From: the human T2T-CHM13v2.0 reference genome, Homo sapiens
Strand: one strand, 5' to 3'
DNA length: 64,000 nucleotides
Assembly (NCBI RefSeq): GCF_009914755.1
Contig: NC_060926.1
The position numbers were made by a program, and so were the translations under genes. Of the stretch, positions 45,180-60,859 are shown piece by piece. The stretch's first letter is position 1; each line of letters starts with the position of its first letter. Under the pieces are notes generated by a model. It did no database searches. It was given only the letters and a program-made list of their open reading frames with translations, and had not been told where the DNA came from.

Positions 45180-46040
45180 TATTATATACAATGAAGAAAG
45201 TATTATCAACAATATATAAATAAATGCTAAGTCAATTAAAAAGCACCAGCAATTTCATAGATAAATGGCCACAAATCATGATTAGCACTTTACAGAACAG
45301 GAATTATATATTGCTAGTAAACATATATGAAGACATATTTTGGACTTAATAGTGATTAGAGAATTACATATCATACCATGGTGAGTTCTCTTTTAAATTC
45401 ATTTGATTGGAAAAATAAAATAAAAAGGTCATTATATCAAGTGATTAAAAAGACGTGAGTCCTCTGAGTCTTTTATATATCATTTCTTTAAACATAAGTT
45501 GATACCAATGCTTTGGAAAGCAGTTAGATATTATTGTGTATAATTTTGTATACTGTGTGATGAAGTAATTTTGGCTGTAGATCCAGGGGATAATCTCTCC
45601 TGTGTACTCTGGAAACAGCAGGTTCACAGCAGCTCTCTTCACAATAGCACATCTGTAGAATCAAATCAAATGCTTCCACATTAGTCAAGTGGCTGAATAT
45701 CATGTAATATGCTGTTATAAATCCACAAAATGAATATACCACAATGACACACAACAGCATGCATGAATCTTAGCAATATAAACATAAATACTTAGCAATT
45801 TAAACATAAAACAATTAAAATGAAATTAAAAATTTTGGAAAGAAACATAGATGAGTAAAAAGAATATGAAAAGAAAAGAAATGGAATAGCAAACAGGCTT
45901 CAGAAGGGTTGTTCTCTTGGGAGAGGGAACAGAGGAAATGAGGTGAAGGAAGAGAAAATAAATACATATTAATGATTGGTGAGATTCTACTCTTTGTATT
46001 GTGTGGTGGGCCCTCAGTTGCTTATTACACTACTCAAGAG
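45180..46040 (+). mobile_element. Old L1M (L1ME-like) ORF2 end and 3' UTR
   Basis: Degenerate AAATGG.CA.A.A.CATGA..AG.CA.TT.ACAGAA..GGAA motif and later GCATGAATCT segment. Confidence 0.6.
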
Positions 46041-47407
46041 GGATGACTGCATAAATAAAAACAGACAGCCATGCATGAATCAGTTATGACAGTATCATGC
46101 ATATACGTACAGTTGAGCAATTCTATACACCAGGGTTGGAACCAAAAATTGCCATCTACCTACTTCACAACAGTAATCTACTGCCATTATTCCAGAGCCA
46201 GTTCTGAGTCTTCTGCTTCTTTCACCTTTCTTTTGAGCTTCATTAGGAGCATGCTATTATTTTATTTTGCTCATTCTTTAAGACTCAGGTCCCGCTGCTG
46301 GCATACAGTGATTCACAGAGTAGGGGATGGTGTGTTTCCTCTGCTCCATTCGGTCTTTGTTTTCACAACAGGCAGATTAGAAGTTTCTTATTGAAGCCCC
46401 AGAAGGAAACCATCTCTGCTCGCCCATCTTTTTGTAGTCTCCCAGCCTCAGTCATGCAGAGAAACTTGAAGCTTCTCTTCAAGCTCTGAAGGTCAGCCAG
46501 ACCAGAAACTAATGTGACATAGAGTCTCTTTTCCAATCTCTGTAGGTCAGGCTCTTGCCAGGATCTGTCTCAGCCTAATCTAAACCATGGACCCTATATC
46601 ACCAGGCCCCAGGCACTGTCTTCTCTGAAGGGTGCAAGACATACCTCAAATATTTTTTATTCTTCAGGACTAAACGAGACTTGAAGGCTCAGTTGCCTCC
46701 TTCAATTCATTGGCTCCCTTACGTCCACAGCAGCTTCTTGGCTCATAGGAGGTAGATGTGTTAGGTTTGATAGCAAAGTGTAGCCAGGATGTTTAAAATT
46801 TGCTATTTTCCCAGAAATGTCTACTCTCTTAAATATTCTTTTAATTTTAATAAAGTTTTCATTTTTATAGGATTATCCGCTCAAAATTATAAGAACTTTG
46901 TATTTATCTATTCATTAACCCCCTTTATAATCATTTCTTTTCCTTCATTTGCAAGACGTAACCATTTTTTATATTTTACTTTGCAAAGTAAAGGAAAAAT
47001 GAAACTCTAGGAATAGCAAGCAAAGTTTTAACATTTACAGATGGCAGAGCAGGTTTGAGAATAATCTAACTTTGGGAATGACTACAAAGGGTGTTAATTA
47101 AGTAGCAGGTGTTTTATCACCTATGTCTATTCAAAAAAAAATGTAGCACAGATGTAGAAAGCTTAAGTACATCTATAGTTTGTATAACAAAACTCTATAT
47201 TCATTGGGTTCCATCTGCCACACTAACCTCAAACCACACTTAATGCCAACCAATTAACACCTTGATTAAGCTATAGACCACCTGCAGCTTCAGCAATGTA
47301 ATGAATTCACTGACTTTTATACAAATTCATTGTAAAACCTAGACTGAAACTGCATAGCAAAAAGAGAAAAAATGATAAATGATTCATGCATCAGCCTTGG
47401 TGTAGGC

Positions 47408-47438
47408 ACACACAGACACACACACACACACACACACA
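47408..47438. repeat. (CA)n microsatellite
   Basis: CACACACAGACACACA... Confidence 0.9.
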
Positions 47439-48380
47439 TTTACTAAGGCATGCACATCAATTGTCTCATCTCTGCTGCTCTCTTCATTTTTTAAATTTTC
47501 TTTAACAAAGGAGACTTGGCTAAAGGCATTTCAGGCTTATAAACCCACAAACTATAAGCAGAAAAGAATATCATATCCTCCTCCATCAACTCAAATTTTA
47601 AAAATTCCAGGAAAGTACTCCAATTTGCTTAACTCAGGTCACATGCTAGTTCTGAATAGGATTGGGCATTCTGGTTGACACAGTTTAAATTGGTTGCCTA
47701 ATCCTGTGGCCACAATGAAAGGATATGGCTGACAGACCCTACCATAACCATGCGGCAAAAGCAGGTGACCAAAATATATTTAGTCTGAAAAAAAATAATC
47801 TAAATGAATAATGTAAGATAATTGATACATGTATGTGTTGTTAGAAGTATATTAAATTCTCTGTCTTCACTTTTTTTGGTGAAATCTTCATTGCTCACTT
47901 ATGAATTATGGAACAGCTTTTCTTTCCATACTGAGAAAAAAATAGTTACTTCCTATCAGAGAAAACTAAGAGATAAGTTAAAATAATTTAAAGAAGAAAA
48001 GAGACATTTTGAATAATGAATTTTGTGACACCTGACCTACTAACAGTTGGCAGGATTGATTAGAGAGGAGAGAGCTGGAAAAAATAGTAGACTTTTATGA
48101 TCATCTTTATGTAATGTTGTAAATGGAGGAAAGTTAAACTGGAAAGATAGGTCTGTGTTTCTGGAGAAAGGTTATACAATGAGGAGGTAGCTGGGTGATG
48201 ACTGTTCTACTCACGCTGTCGCAATGTTTGCAGTAGTTATGAATTATTTTTTTCTCAACTTATCATGGCAGAATGCCACTTATAATTTAAAAAAATAACC
48301 CAGAATCCAGGAAAGATGAAAAACAGCAACAACAGTATAAACTAGGGTAAAAATATATTTTATTTAGCACAGCTCATTTT

Positions 48381-48661
48381 GTTTTACTTTATTTTGTTTA
48401 TTTATTTATTTTGAGACAGGATCTCACTGTCATCCAGGCGGTAGTGCAGTGGCCTGATCACTGCTCACTGCAGCCTCAACCTTCTGAGCTCAATTGATAC
48501 TCCTACCTCAGCCTCCTGAGTAGCTGGGACCACAGGTACACACCACCATGGTGGGCTAATTTAAAATAAAATATTTTTTGTAAAGAAAGGTTCTTGTTTG
48601 GTTGCCCAGGCTGGTCACGAACTCCTGCCTCAGCCTCTGAAACATGAGCCACTGTGTCCGG
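48381..48661 (-). mobile_element. AluJ with internal deletions
   Basis: GCTCACTGCAGCCTCAACC; TSD AGCACAGCTCATTTT at 48366 and 48662. Confidence 0.9.
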
Positions 48662-48899
48662 AGCACAGCTCATTTTATTAAGAAGCTCATTGCAGAGCTA
48701 GTTATCCAAAACTATGAGAAGAGATTCATCCAGTTATTCAGGATTTAGCATCAGGGTGTATTCTAAATAAAGGGGCTCAGAGGCTGTCATGACTTTAAGT
48801 GTCATGATTCCATACCAATCCTTTTTATGAAAAGGAAGAAAAAGAAGTTCTTGAATTTTATTTGTTCTCAAGGAGAACTCTCAAGGAGAAGAATGGCAG

Positions 48900-50569
48900 T
48901 TTTTAGTTTACATTATTATATTCATATGGCTGATGTTTTACTTCTGCCCTCAAAATCCTCTCTGAAAAAATATCTTTTGTAGCCTACCCTAATTGGAAAT
49001 ATACAGAGAAGGAAATTCTGGGAATCACAGTTCAATCTGATCCAGTGGACACATTATAGTCACTACAGTTCATGCATTTTGAACCTGAAAGCTCCACACT
49101 TCTTTTTAAGCCATATGTAATCTACAAGTAAACAAAGCCATACTCCTGCCTCATATGAAAATATGACATATCTCTCCTGCCTTATAACTGAACATAGACT
49201 TAGTCTTCATTCTAACGGTTACAAAGTCCCATTTCAAAAAGCAGTTTTCTTCTTTCATCTGATTCACACTCCTTCTTTAATATCCTATAACTTACTTAGT
49301 GAGATATGCACTGATAGCTACTATTAATGCATTGTGTGTTTGGCGATAGGGGAATAGGAAGGGGAAAAACAATACTTGTTATATGTGTGTGCATGTATTT
49401 GTGTGTGTGTTCATATAACTAAGGAAGAAAAAACTATTGTAGTCTTAATTTCTGCAATCAGTCATGTGGTTGCAGCAGATACTTCTATCTGCCCTTTTCC
49501 ACTGCCCATTCCATTTTCTCAGCAGTGGTCAACTACCTCAAGTGAGACTATTACAGGTTCTACAGACAAGGGAAAGCTAGCTTTCTCAGGCAGGAATGGA
49601 AAGAAAAGTAGGCTTAGTGGAATTCAGGGATTCAATCTTGTCATTTCATCTAAATTTGCCTATATGTCCCCATCCTAATTTTCAGGGTTCCATTTATTTC
49701 CAATTAATGCCCCAAATTTGAGAAAAATGATTCTGTGAGTTAGGAAATTCAATTTGTATTGTAATTCAGCCATTATGATTAGATTTTGGGTTTGGTTTCA
49801 GATCTTTCAGACCTGAGGTTATAGGAGATAAGGATTTATTTTAGGGAAGGCTTAGAACTTACCCAGGTTCTTACTGAGATTCAATCTGAGAATTTAAAGC
49901 CATGAGATTATTTTCCTTTGATAACTACTAAATACTGTATCAATAAGAAGCAGAATCACTATGAACATTATACACACACAAACACACACAACTTGTTACA
50001 AGGATTTGAGTATATACAATTATGTGAGCTGGTTGCAACAGTCTCTGTAAATTTGCTGATTTTGGATTTGATACTGGTGCTTGAAGACTCTAGGGCAGGA
50101 TCAGTCAGGAAGGAAAAAGAAGGATGTAAAGTGGGAGAGAGGAAAGCCAAGTTTAAACCCACAAATATGAGCTGAAGCCCCTGAGGACAAACTGGAGCAC
50201 ATGTTCATTCTACAACATTGGTGATAGGGGTTCCCTACAGGAGAAACCGGTACTTCCTTTTTGGCAGTAAGCAGAAACCTCTCCCAAGAGTTTGGGAAGC
50301 TGCAGGAAGGTCCATGGGTAGCCTGGCCACTGCACCATGGTAATCAGTTGAGCAAGCAGATGAGTGACATGTATTAACAACAAAAGCTCTCTTGACTGTC
50401 TCAATCTCTTTCCAAACATAAGAAACCATATGACTACTGCTTGGCTTCTTCCCTCTAAATTGCACACGAAAATGTCTCTGTGGTTCACTCTAATCTGAAA
50501 TATCAAGGGAAGGAATTTCTGGAAATGTAATTTAGTCTAGGCAAGTCTACACATTACTAAGCCACCACA
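48900..50569 (-). mobile_element. Two degenerate ERVL-type LTR pieces (LTR52-like) with possible internal fragment
   Basis: Related ends GAAGGAAATTCTGGGAA...ACACATTATAGTCACTACA (~49067) and GAAGGAATTTCTGGAAA...ACACATTACTAAGCCACCACA (50569). Confidence 0.45.
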
Positions 50570-50879
50570 TGGTATCTTTAGGTTGTTTCGATATTGTTTG
50601 GGTATTGTGTGTATACAATTGATTAATATTTCTAAGTTTTGTTTTATAAATTGACTTTCATTGAGATCTATTTCTTGTAAATTCAATCATGTGGAAAATA
50701 CAAATAGTAAATCAAATATAATTTTATATAGGTTTGAGAAATTTCTGCATTTCTATTGGCAGTAATACCCCAGACTACTCTCTGATTAGTCTTACGTGCA
50801 TGTAATGTACTTTTTGGTCTTTGACATTCCAAGGCAGCTCAGTTTAATGATTTTGTCCCCCTTATTTCATTAGTACTCA

Positions 50880-51070
50880 TATTTTATAGTAATTAAAAGC
50901 ACAGGCTCTGGATATAGCCTAAAATCAAATGTCAGCATCACCACTTATTAGCTGTGACCCCAGGTATACTACTTAACTGCTCTTTGCCTAGTTTTTTCTT
51001 GTGTAAAATAGTCTAGGATTAAATTAGCTGATATTTATAAAGTGTTCAGAATAGTGCTTGTCGCATTATG
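50880..51070 (+). mobile_element. MIR
   Basis: AGCACAGGCTCTGG...CCACTTATTAGCTGTGACC...TACTTAAC. Confidence 0.7.
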
Positions 51071-51289
51071 TTCTGTATTTTCCCCATATGGTATATACTA
51101 GGGGAGGGATTAGGCTTTTTGTTGAATTTTTTCTTGTTTTTTTTATGAATATTCACCAATAATCATTCACCCAAAATTGTCACAAACACTCATGTTGGCC
51201 ATATGGATCAAGCTCTCCTAAAATGTGGTAATCATGTATAATTTTTTGAACATGCTTTAATACACACACATACACATACATGCACAACT

Positions 51290-51815
51290 ATTTCCAGAAT
51301 TATTGTGTCTTTTTTTATATTTCCAGCAGCAAGGTATAAGAAATCCAGTTTCTCTGCATCCCTTGCGAGCATTTCATATTGTCTATATTGTATTATTTTA
51401 TCTGTTCTAACAGGTAGTGATATATTGTCATGGTTATAATTTGCATTTTCGTAAAGCTAATTATATCAGACATTTTTTTCATGTGTTTATTTGTCTGTTA
51501 ATGTCTTTTGTATTATTATGAATTGGCTTTCTTTACCATTGAATTTTTCAGGATTCTTTAAATATTCTAGATACAAGTTCTTTGTGAGATATATGGTTTA
51601 CAAATACACACTCTCAATCTATAGGTTGCCTTTTTATCCTCTGAATATGGTCTTTTTAATCTTGATTAAGTACAGTTTATCTGTGTTTTACTTTTACCGA
51701 TCATGATTCTGTGTCATGTCTAAAAATTCTTTGCCTAGCTCTTGGTCCCAAAGATTATCTCCCGTGTTTCTTCTAAAAGTTTTATTGTGTTGCATTTTAC
51801 ATTTCAATCTGTTAT
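51290..51815 (-). mobile_element. Old L1M ORF2 fragment
   Basis: TTCCAGCAGCAA...CTCTGCATCC...AATTTGCATTT...TATTCTAGATACAAG. Confidence 0.7.
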
Positions 51816-53224
51816 ACCTGGGCCATCTTTTGACAACTTCTATGGTTCACTGCCCGGCATCTTCTATCTAGTTGTTCATAGTCTCCTATCCTTTTATAAA
51901 GAAATGTTAGTGGCATCACTGGGTCAAAGTCTTTTTTTACAGCTCCGGGATATGGATAGGTGTTTCAAACACCATTCTAAATTTCTGATTAGCTTCATGT
52001 GCAAACGACTATTCTAAGCAAATCTTGGATAACCTCTACCTTTGGTTAACGATATTTTGAAATACTGATGTAATTATTCTTCCTTATCCTAATAGTAAAA
52101 AGGATGAATGAACTTTTTTCTTCAGTAGTCTCAATATAAGCTGTGGGACTAATACTTGTCATAGGCCCTTTGAAATAGCAAACACAGTGACTTTCATACT
52201 ATTTCCACATCCCCCTAAGCTCTTGAGCTCACATTTGCATTTCTCTTCCCACTTTTCCCTTCTATATACAGATAGTAAATACCTTTGAAGATATCATTCA
52301 AGTGAGATAATTTGTTGCAATTTTTCAATGTTTCATTCTAGTTTATACAGGTCAATGCCTTTGCTATGATTTTAAGGCTTAAGCAAAACCTTGGTGTTTT
52401 ATGAATTTCTACTTATTGAGCAAAACCTATATTTGAGAAAACAATGTGTATAGTGGCAAATTGTAAGAAAATATATCCATCTCTCAAAATTGTATAAAAG
52501 TATAGTAGCTTTGAATTCTAAAATAGATCCAATTCCTCAAATTGTCTATCATTATTTTTTTCCTTTGGAACTATAAACAATCACCATTTCTGATTAATTT
52601 CTGTCATATAAATCACAATCCTTGCTTTGTATTATTTTACTTGATATATTCTATATATAAAACATACAGTTCACATATAGTTACCATTTCTTTTCCATAC
52701 AACAGCTAAAGATGTATTTGACTATTGAAATGCTTAAGCCTTACTTAAAAAATTTTACATTTTTATAATACTAATTTTTAATAGCACTTTTGAAGATAAT
52801 TTGAAACAAAATTTGAGAATAATAAAATTTGTCATTTTATAAATATAGAAATTGATAGACTACAGAGTTGATGATTGCAGGTTTGTAGTTTAAATTGGAA
52901 AGATTTTGTACAAATCTCTCTGATAGTCAATACTAAATCAATAATGGAGTAATAAAAACCTCTTAAATTGCTTTAATTCATATATTCACTTATCTAAATA
53001 CCACTGGCCTGTATCTTAAATTATTGAGAACACAACTGAAACTCAGTATGTCAATACAAAGGGTTCTGAACATCTAAATAACAAATTTCAAAACCCATCA
53101 AATAATAATTCTCAAGAAAATCTTTCAGGTAACTTTCAATTCTAATGGACGCTTGAACATCTATTGTTTTTGTTTGTTTGTTTGTTTGTTTGTTTTAATG
53201 TTAGCATATTAGAAGTTGCAATGT

Positions 53225-53572
<348 letters not shown>

Positions 53573-53809
53573 TTAAAAACAGCAGTTCTCCTACAACTAG
53601 AAATGGCACCACTATCAATATTATATTAAATGTCAATGGAGAAAAAAGGAATAATGCCAATACTATCAAAAATAATTTAAAAATTTTAGCAGTTAAGGGA
53701 TGTTTAAACGGTGAAGGATACTTTGAAAGGACCACTGTAGAGTAAAATATTTGATGTTCATAGTGATTACTCTGAGTTATTAGAAAATATACATCGAGCA
53801 TTACATTCT

Positions 53810-54125
53810 GATTTTAAAAGGGTAGTGAAACTACTCCATATGATACTACAATGGTGGGTACATGTCATCATAAATTTGTCCAAACCCATAGAATGCATAA
53901 CACCAAGGGTGAACTCTAATGTGAAAGTGTGAACTTTGATGATAATGATGTGTTCATGTAGGTTCATCAATTGTAACAAATGTACCATTCTGGTGACCAA
54001 TATTGATGACGAGGGAGGCTGTGCGTATATAGGATCACGAGGCATATAGGAAGTCTCTGTACCTTCTGTTCCGTTTTTCTGTGAACCCAGAGCTAATCTG
54101 AAAATTAATGTCTATTTTTAAAAAA
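53810..54125 (+). mobile_element. L1MC1/2-like 3' end
   Basis: GTAGTGAAACTACT...TGTCCAAACCCATAGAATG...GTAGGTTCATCAATTGTAACAAATGTACCA. Confidence 0.75.
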
Positions 54126-55009
54126 CTCTTTGAGCTGGATATTGGAGGGAAGAAGAAAAATAAAACGATTTATATGGAAACCCTGGGCTCTGGACCCTAG
54201 ATTATACATATCTGAAAACAAAAGAGAACTTTAGCTTGTTAGGCTGAAATATCTGCATTCAAAATACTCCACTGTTTTACCTAGTGACAATGGATGAAAA
54301 AAATTGATTTACATATGTATAACTAAAACACATGTTGGGGTGGTATGGTATGCTATGCTGTTGGAAGTTAGGATAACGGTAATCCTTGCAGGGGTAGTAA
54401 CTGAATAAGGGGCTTCTGGGATGAAGATAATATTGTTTCTTTGATCCTGGGGCTGGTCACATAGGTGTATTCAGTTTTGAGATGAGCCTTACCTCCAAAT
54501 CTGTCCTTGAATAAATTTCTTGTTGGTTCCCCTTGGTTGATCAAATCCTATCATCTGCTTTATAATAATACAACTTAATGATTAAAATTTTAAATGTACC
54601 TAATCCCTAATCAAATATAAGAAAAATGAATAGAACTTAATTGCATTGCAGCTAAGTTCCAATTTCATAAGTGAAAAGGAAATTGTTTTCGTTTATTTTA
54701 GCTTTATATTAAAAAATACACGAACAATTGTTTGGAGACTGTTATGGAATTTCCTAGTCATTTCCATGAACTATTTCTGGTGGGTTTTGAAACTAAATGT
54801 AGTTACAGGGCAATTGTTTTTGCTGTGTAATTCTTTATGTCTAATAATTGGTAGTCTTCATTCAAGATAAAATGTCTTAGATATTATAAATTTTCTTCTC
54901 TGCCCGAATATGCTGCTATAGACTAAAGTGAGTATCTTTAGGAAAATACATTTGTTTCAAAAGTACATCCTGCTATTATGCACAAGTATTAATTGTTTTG
55001 ATGTGTGCC

Positions 55010-55267
55010 TTTTTTTGTTTTTGGGACGGAGTCTCGCTCTGTCGCCCAGGCGACCTCGGCTCACTGCAAGCTCTGTCTCCCAGGTTCTCCTGCCTCAGCC
55101 TCCGGAGTAGCTGGGACTGCAGGCGCCTGCCACCACGCCCAGCTAATTTTTTGTATTTTTAGTGGAGACGGGGTTTCACCGTGTTAGCCATGATGGTCTC
55201 GATCTCCTCCGCCCGCCTCGGCCTCCCAAAGTGCTGGGATTACAGGCGTGAGCCACCGCACCCGGCC
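55010..55267 (-). mobile_element. AluY with three short internal deletions
   Basis: TSD GATGTGTGCC at 55000 and 55268. Confidence 0.95.
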
Positions 55268-55349
55268 GATGTGTGCCATTTTTATCATGACTAGAATCAC
55301 TCATGGGATAGATTTGCACATTTTTACCTCAGGGGTTGTTGAAGAAGTC

Positions 55350-55387
55350 AGGCCATGTAGTACTCATGAGGCCTTGTAGTACTCATG
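55350..55387. repeat. 19-bp tandem duplication
   Basis: AGGCC(A/T)TGTAGTACTCATG x2. Confidence 0.9.
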
Positions 55388-56094
55388 TTAATTTATGTCA
55401 TGTTCATTTTGTTTCACTGGTAGGCAAGGAAGAAACCTAGGCCTTCAGATTTTTGGTTTTGCTCAACTATCAGAAAAGCCTACATGAATTATGTAGACAC
55501 TGATTTGGTTGCAGTTCATTTATAACTTATGAGCAAATTATATTTCTAGTAAGAAAAGTATTCTATAATTTGAAGAATCTCAATATTTTATATGCTTCAA
55601 AATTGACAGTTTAATTTCAGGGATTTGTACTTTAAATATGTATATTAGAAAGAACTTTGAATAGTTCATGGAGAATCTCTGAAGTCTCAGAAAGAATCTG
55701 TTCCATATCAAAGAAATAAGTGGCAGCTACAGTTTAAAATTAAACTTAAATAAGACCTTTTCTATGCCTGTCTGAACGTTTCATTTCTTTAGATCTTGAT
55801 GTTAATAGAATGTAAATATTCTCCAACTTCATTATTTCACTGAAATTTCCAAGTATTCAACATGATAAAATTCTTTCTTTTTAAGTCTTTAAAATATTTT
55901 GGTGACCTTTGCTGGTCTTTTCATTTTTACCAAGGCAGAGTTTATTAGGTTTATGTTTTCTATTTCCATATCAAGTTTTATTCATGTTAAAAACTTAAAA
56001 TTAATGGATTATGTAAAGTGATAAGTGCATCAATGAATATATAACTGGCTGGATTTTAAACATACATAAATAAGTATGTTTTAAGTCCTTCAAT

Positions 56095-56222
56095 GAAGGC
56101 ACTTAATCTATTTCTCCCTCATTTCCCTTCTGTAAAATGGGGATATAATAATATACTTAAAACCTTAGCAGAGTGCTTGACACATAAGAAGCGCTCCTTG
56201 AGCATTAACTATATTATTATTT
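56095..56222 (+). mobile_element. MIR fragment
   Basis: TCTGTAAAATGGGGATA...CAGAGTGCTTGACACATAAGAAGCGCTC. Confidence 0.7.
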
Positions 56223-57294
56223 TACAGTGATATTGAATATTTGATGCTGTATATGGTACTTTTAAAAAATTGATTGTCTAATAAGCAGAAAATAAGGCTG
56301 TGGTAAATCAAATAAAGGATAAATGATTTAGAGGCTAATTTGAAGTAAAGTATAAAGTATGCTCTTTTAAATTTTTATGTTTTTATGAAAGTTTTGGGTG
56401 CTTATAGCAACTTTTGAATTCCTTTCAGCAGTGTGTTCTTTCTTACACAATTTCAGAGTTTTGAATCTCTTCCTTGGGAAACTTTTTACAGAAAGGAAGA
56501 TAATCATCAAAAATTTGTGATTTTAAATATCCTCTTAAAACCAAAGTTCCCCTTTTTAATGGTTTACTGTTACAACCTATTCTCTATAAAGAGAGAAAAG
56601 ATATAGTCCACATTTATACTAGCTTCTTTTAAAATATTTTAGAAGAAACAGAAGAATGATTAGTAGAGGTTTTCATTTTCCATTGATAAAAAATCGAGAA
56701 TGAGTCTTTCTACCTGTAGTTTTTCCTATAATTGTTTTTTCAAATGCAGTCTACTATGTGAATTAACTACTCAGAATCCATTCTCAATCCCTTTCTCCTT
56801 TGTCTTTTATTACTTTTCAGAATGGGAAGCTTAAATTTTTGATTTCACAGGCTTCTTTGCCTCTAGGGTTACTTGGTTACTCATGCAACACAATTCTGCT
56901 ATGAGGAGGTGTTTCCTTCCAGAATAAAAAGGCCTCAAAACACCAGGAGAAAATCCTATGCCTTTTCTCCTTCCTCTGAATTAAAATCTTACAAGCCTAC
57001 TCCAGTCTCATCTTAAGCCCTCCTGTTCTTCTCTCACTGGCTGGTGTGCTCCACTTTTTGCTTAAAAACGTACCCTGTGCCCAGAATACTCTCCTCAGCA
57101 ATCCTCCCCTTCTGCTATCAACTTCCTCATAATCTAGCCCCTCTTTCCCCAACTCATCCAACTAGATCAGGCTTCCTCTCTCATGTATTATTCCTGTGTA
57201 GTCCTTATCACATTTTTATGTATATATGAAATATCTGGATACAAGCCACAAGCAGCAGGGACATCTATCTTCTTTATCCCTGTACCTTAAGGAG

Positions 57295-57495
57295 CAAGCA
57301 TTTAATGAGCCAGTTATCATGGGGCAAGCACTGTTCTAAGCACTTTACATGCTGTCACTCATGCTCTGTTCATTACAATATCTTATTTTATAGGTGAGGC
57401 AACTGAGGTAGTGAAAGGTGAAGTCGTGCATGGGTAGCAGAGCTGGATCAAATGTAAATAGCTTGCCCCAGAGTCTTTGCACTTAACCATAACTG
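57295..57495 (-). mobile_element. MIR
   Basis: GCACTGTTCTAAGCACTTTACAT...ATTTTATAGGTGAGGCAACTGAGG. Confidence 0.7.
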
Positions 57496-57565
57496 CCAGG
57501 AACTATGTCTCTAGAGAGGTGCTGGAGTGAAGAGTTTGAGGCATTTTATTTGAAAAACAACACTA

Positions 57566-59235
<1,670 letters not shown>

Positions 59236-59244
59236 TGATGTAGG

Positions 59245-59882
59245 TGTTGGGGAAAAGCTGAGTGTTGGGAAAAAAGCTGAGTCAGGGCTTGCATGTCTGA
59301 CATAATGTAAAAGAGTCTTGGAACATGTCTGGGGGCCAGGATTTAAAACCCCTTGTAGCCTTTGGAACAGCAAGCTCTGTGCCAAAGGGTAGAAGGCTGC
59401 CCTGCTGCACCATAATCTAAGTCCAGGGCATAAAATCCCTCTTGGCTTGGATGGAATCCAGGGCTCAGGGGATAAAACCCCTTGTGGCCTCTGGAATGCA
59501 TCTAGACTTGCTGGCTCCTTGCTTCAAGCACTCCCAGGATCATAGATCGATTGCATCTTAAACTAGAAGAACATGTTTTCCATTATTTCAAGTAGCAGAA
59601 CATGTTCCATATGCTTCAAAAGAAATGCTAAACCATTACAGCTGTCGATCATGTGCTTGATATACTGCTTTCTTTCAACCCCCACATCTTCACCACCTGC
59701 TTCTTTGTTTGATCACCAATAAGTAGTGCTGGCTTCCAGAGCTCAGGGCCTTTGCAGTCTCCATACTAGCATCGGCCCCCTGGTCCCACTTTATGCACTC
59801 TTAACTTGTCTTGTCTCATTCCTTTGACTCTGCCAGATTTCGTAGCCCCCACTGCCTGGTGTTGGGTCTGGTCACTCCAACA
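59245..59882 (+). mobile_element. LTR10-family (HERV-I group) solo LTR
   Basis: TGTTGGGGAAAAGCTGAGTGTTGGG...CAGGGCTTGCATGTCTG; terminal TGTTGG/CCAACA; flanks TGTAGG/TATAGG. Confidence 0.8.
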
Positions 59883-60859
59883 TATAGGTAGCCTTGGTCC
59901 ATGGTGGTGCTAGGTCTCTGGTTGGTGTTTCACCATGTGTTTGTGTAATATTACATACCACCACTTTTATCTTAAATATATGTTTGGTGTGCATACAGTT
60001 TACCTAAGTATGAAAATAAATGTTGGAAAATCTTTGTAGAATATGCCTCCATAGACTTTAAAAGGAAGTATTCACAGTTGTTAGTAAACATATCCTTTGG
60101 TTCTTAATGATATTATAGATTGCTTTCTCACTGAATAGAATTTTTGTTTCAGATTGGATAAAAACTGAAAAGATAAATATATTCTAATAATGATTAAGAT
60201 ACAACTATTTTAATTAACATTCACATTTAATTTGATAATCAGATTGTATTAAAGTATTTGTATTTTTCTAATATGAATGGAATTCTAGGTGTGCACTCAC
60301 CAGACTTCTCTATTATACCTCGATTATACTCAAACATAAATAGATTGATCAATATTTAATGGGCTTCAGCATGTGAAAGTGGGATATTTTGATTTGTTTC
60401 TTTTGATTTTAAAACACTGGATTTTGAAGACTTAATGCCAAAGTAGGCTTCAGGTTCTACTGCTACTTTAATGTAAAAATTTCCTTCATCACTCATTTTG
60501 TCTTTTGTTTAAAAGTTTGTTTTAAAAAGCACAGCATTTTAATGATAATGTTATTGTTTTTCCCTGAAAGATAATTTAATTAAAATATTCAAATATTCTT
60601 TTTGTCAAAAATGTGTTACTTATGTTCAATTATCAGTGAATCCAGATAATAATTCCTGAATTACCCCACCTTATAATTATCCAGAAGAACCTGGTTTCTA
60701 TAGAAGTATATATACCATCTTTCCTCCTCAAAGACTGTGCTGATGTTCTGCTAACAGAATGTTTATGATACTTATGTATTATTGTGAGTTATGTTTCCAG
60801 GATTTCTAAAATATATTTCTATCTTTTCCTTAGCAGCTATTTTCACCTATAATATACAG

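Noticed and set aside
45770-45812. Short tandem duplication CTTAGCAAT(A/T)TAAACATAAAA x2 (similar ones near 48866 and 55350)
   Set aside because: Ordinary slippage duplications; no spacer structure, so not CRISPR-like
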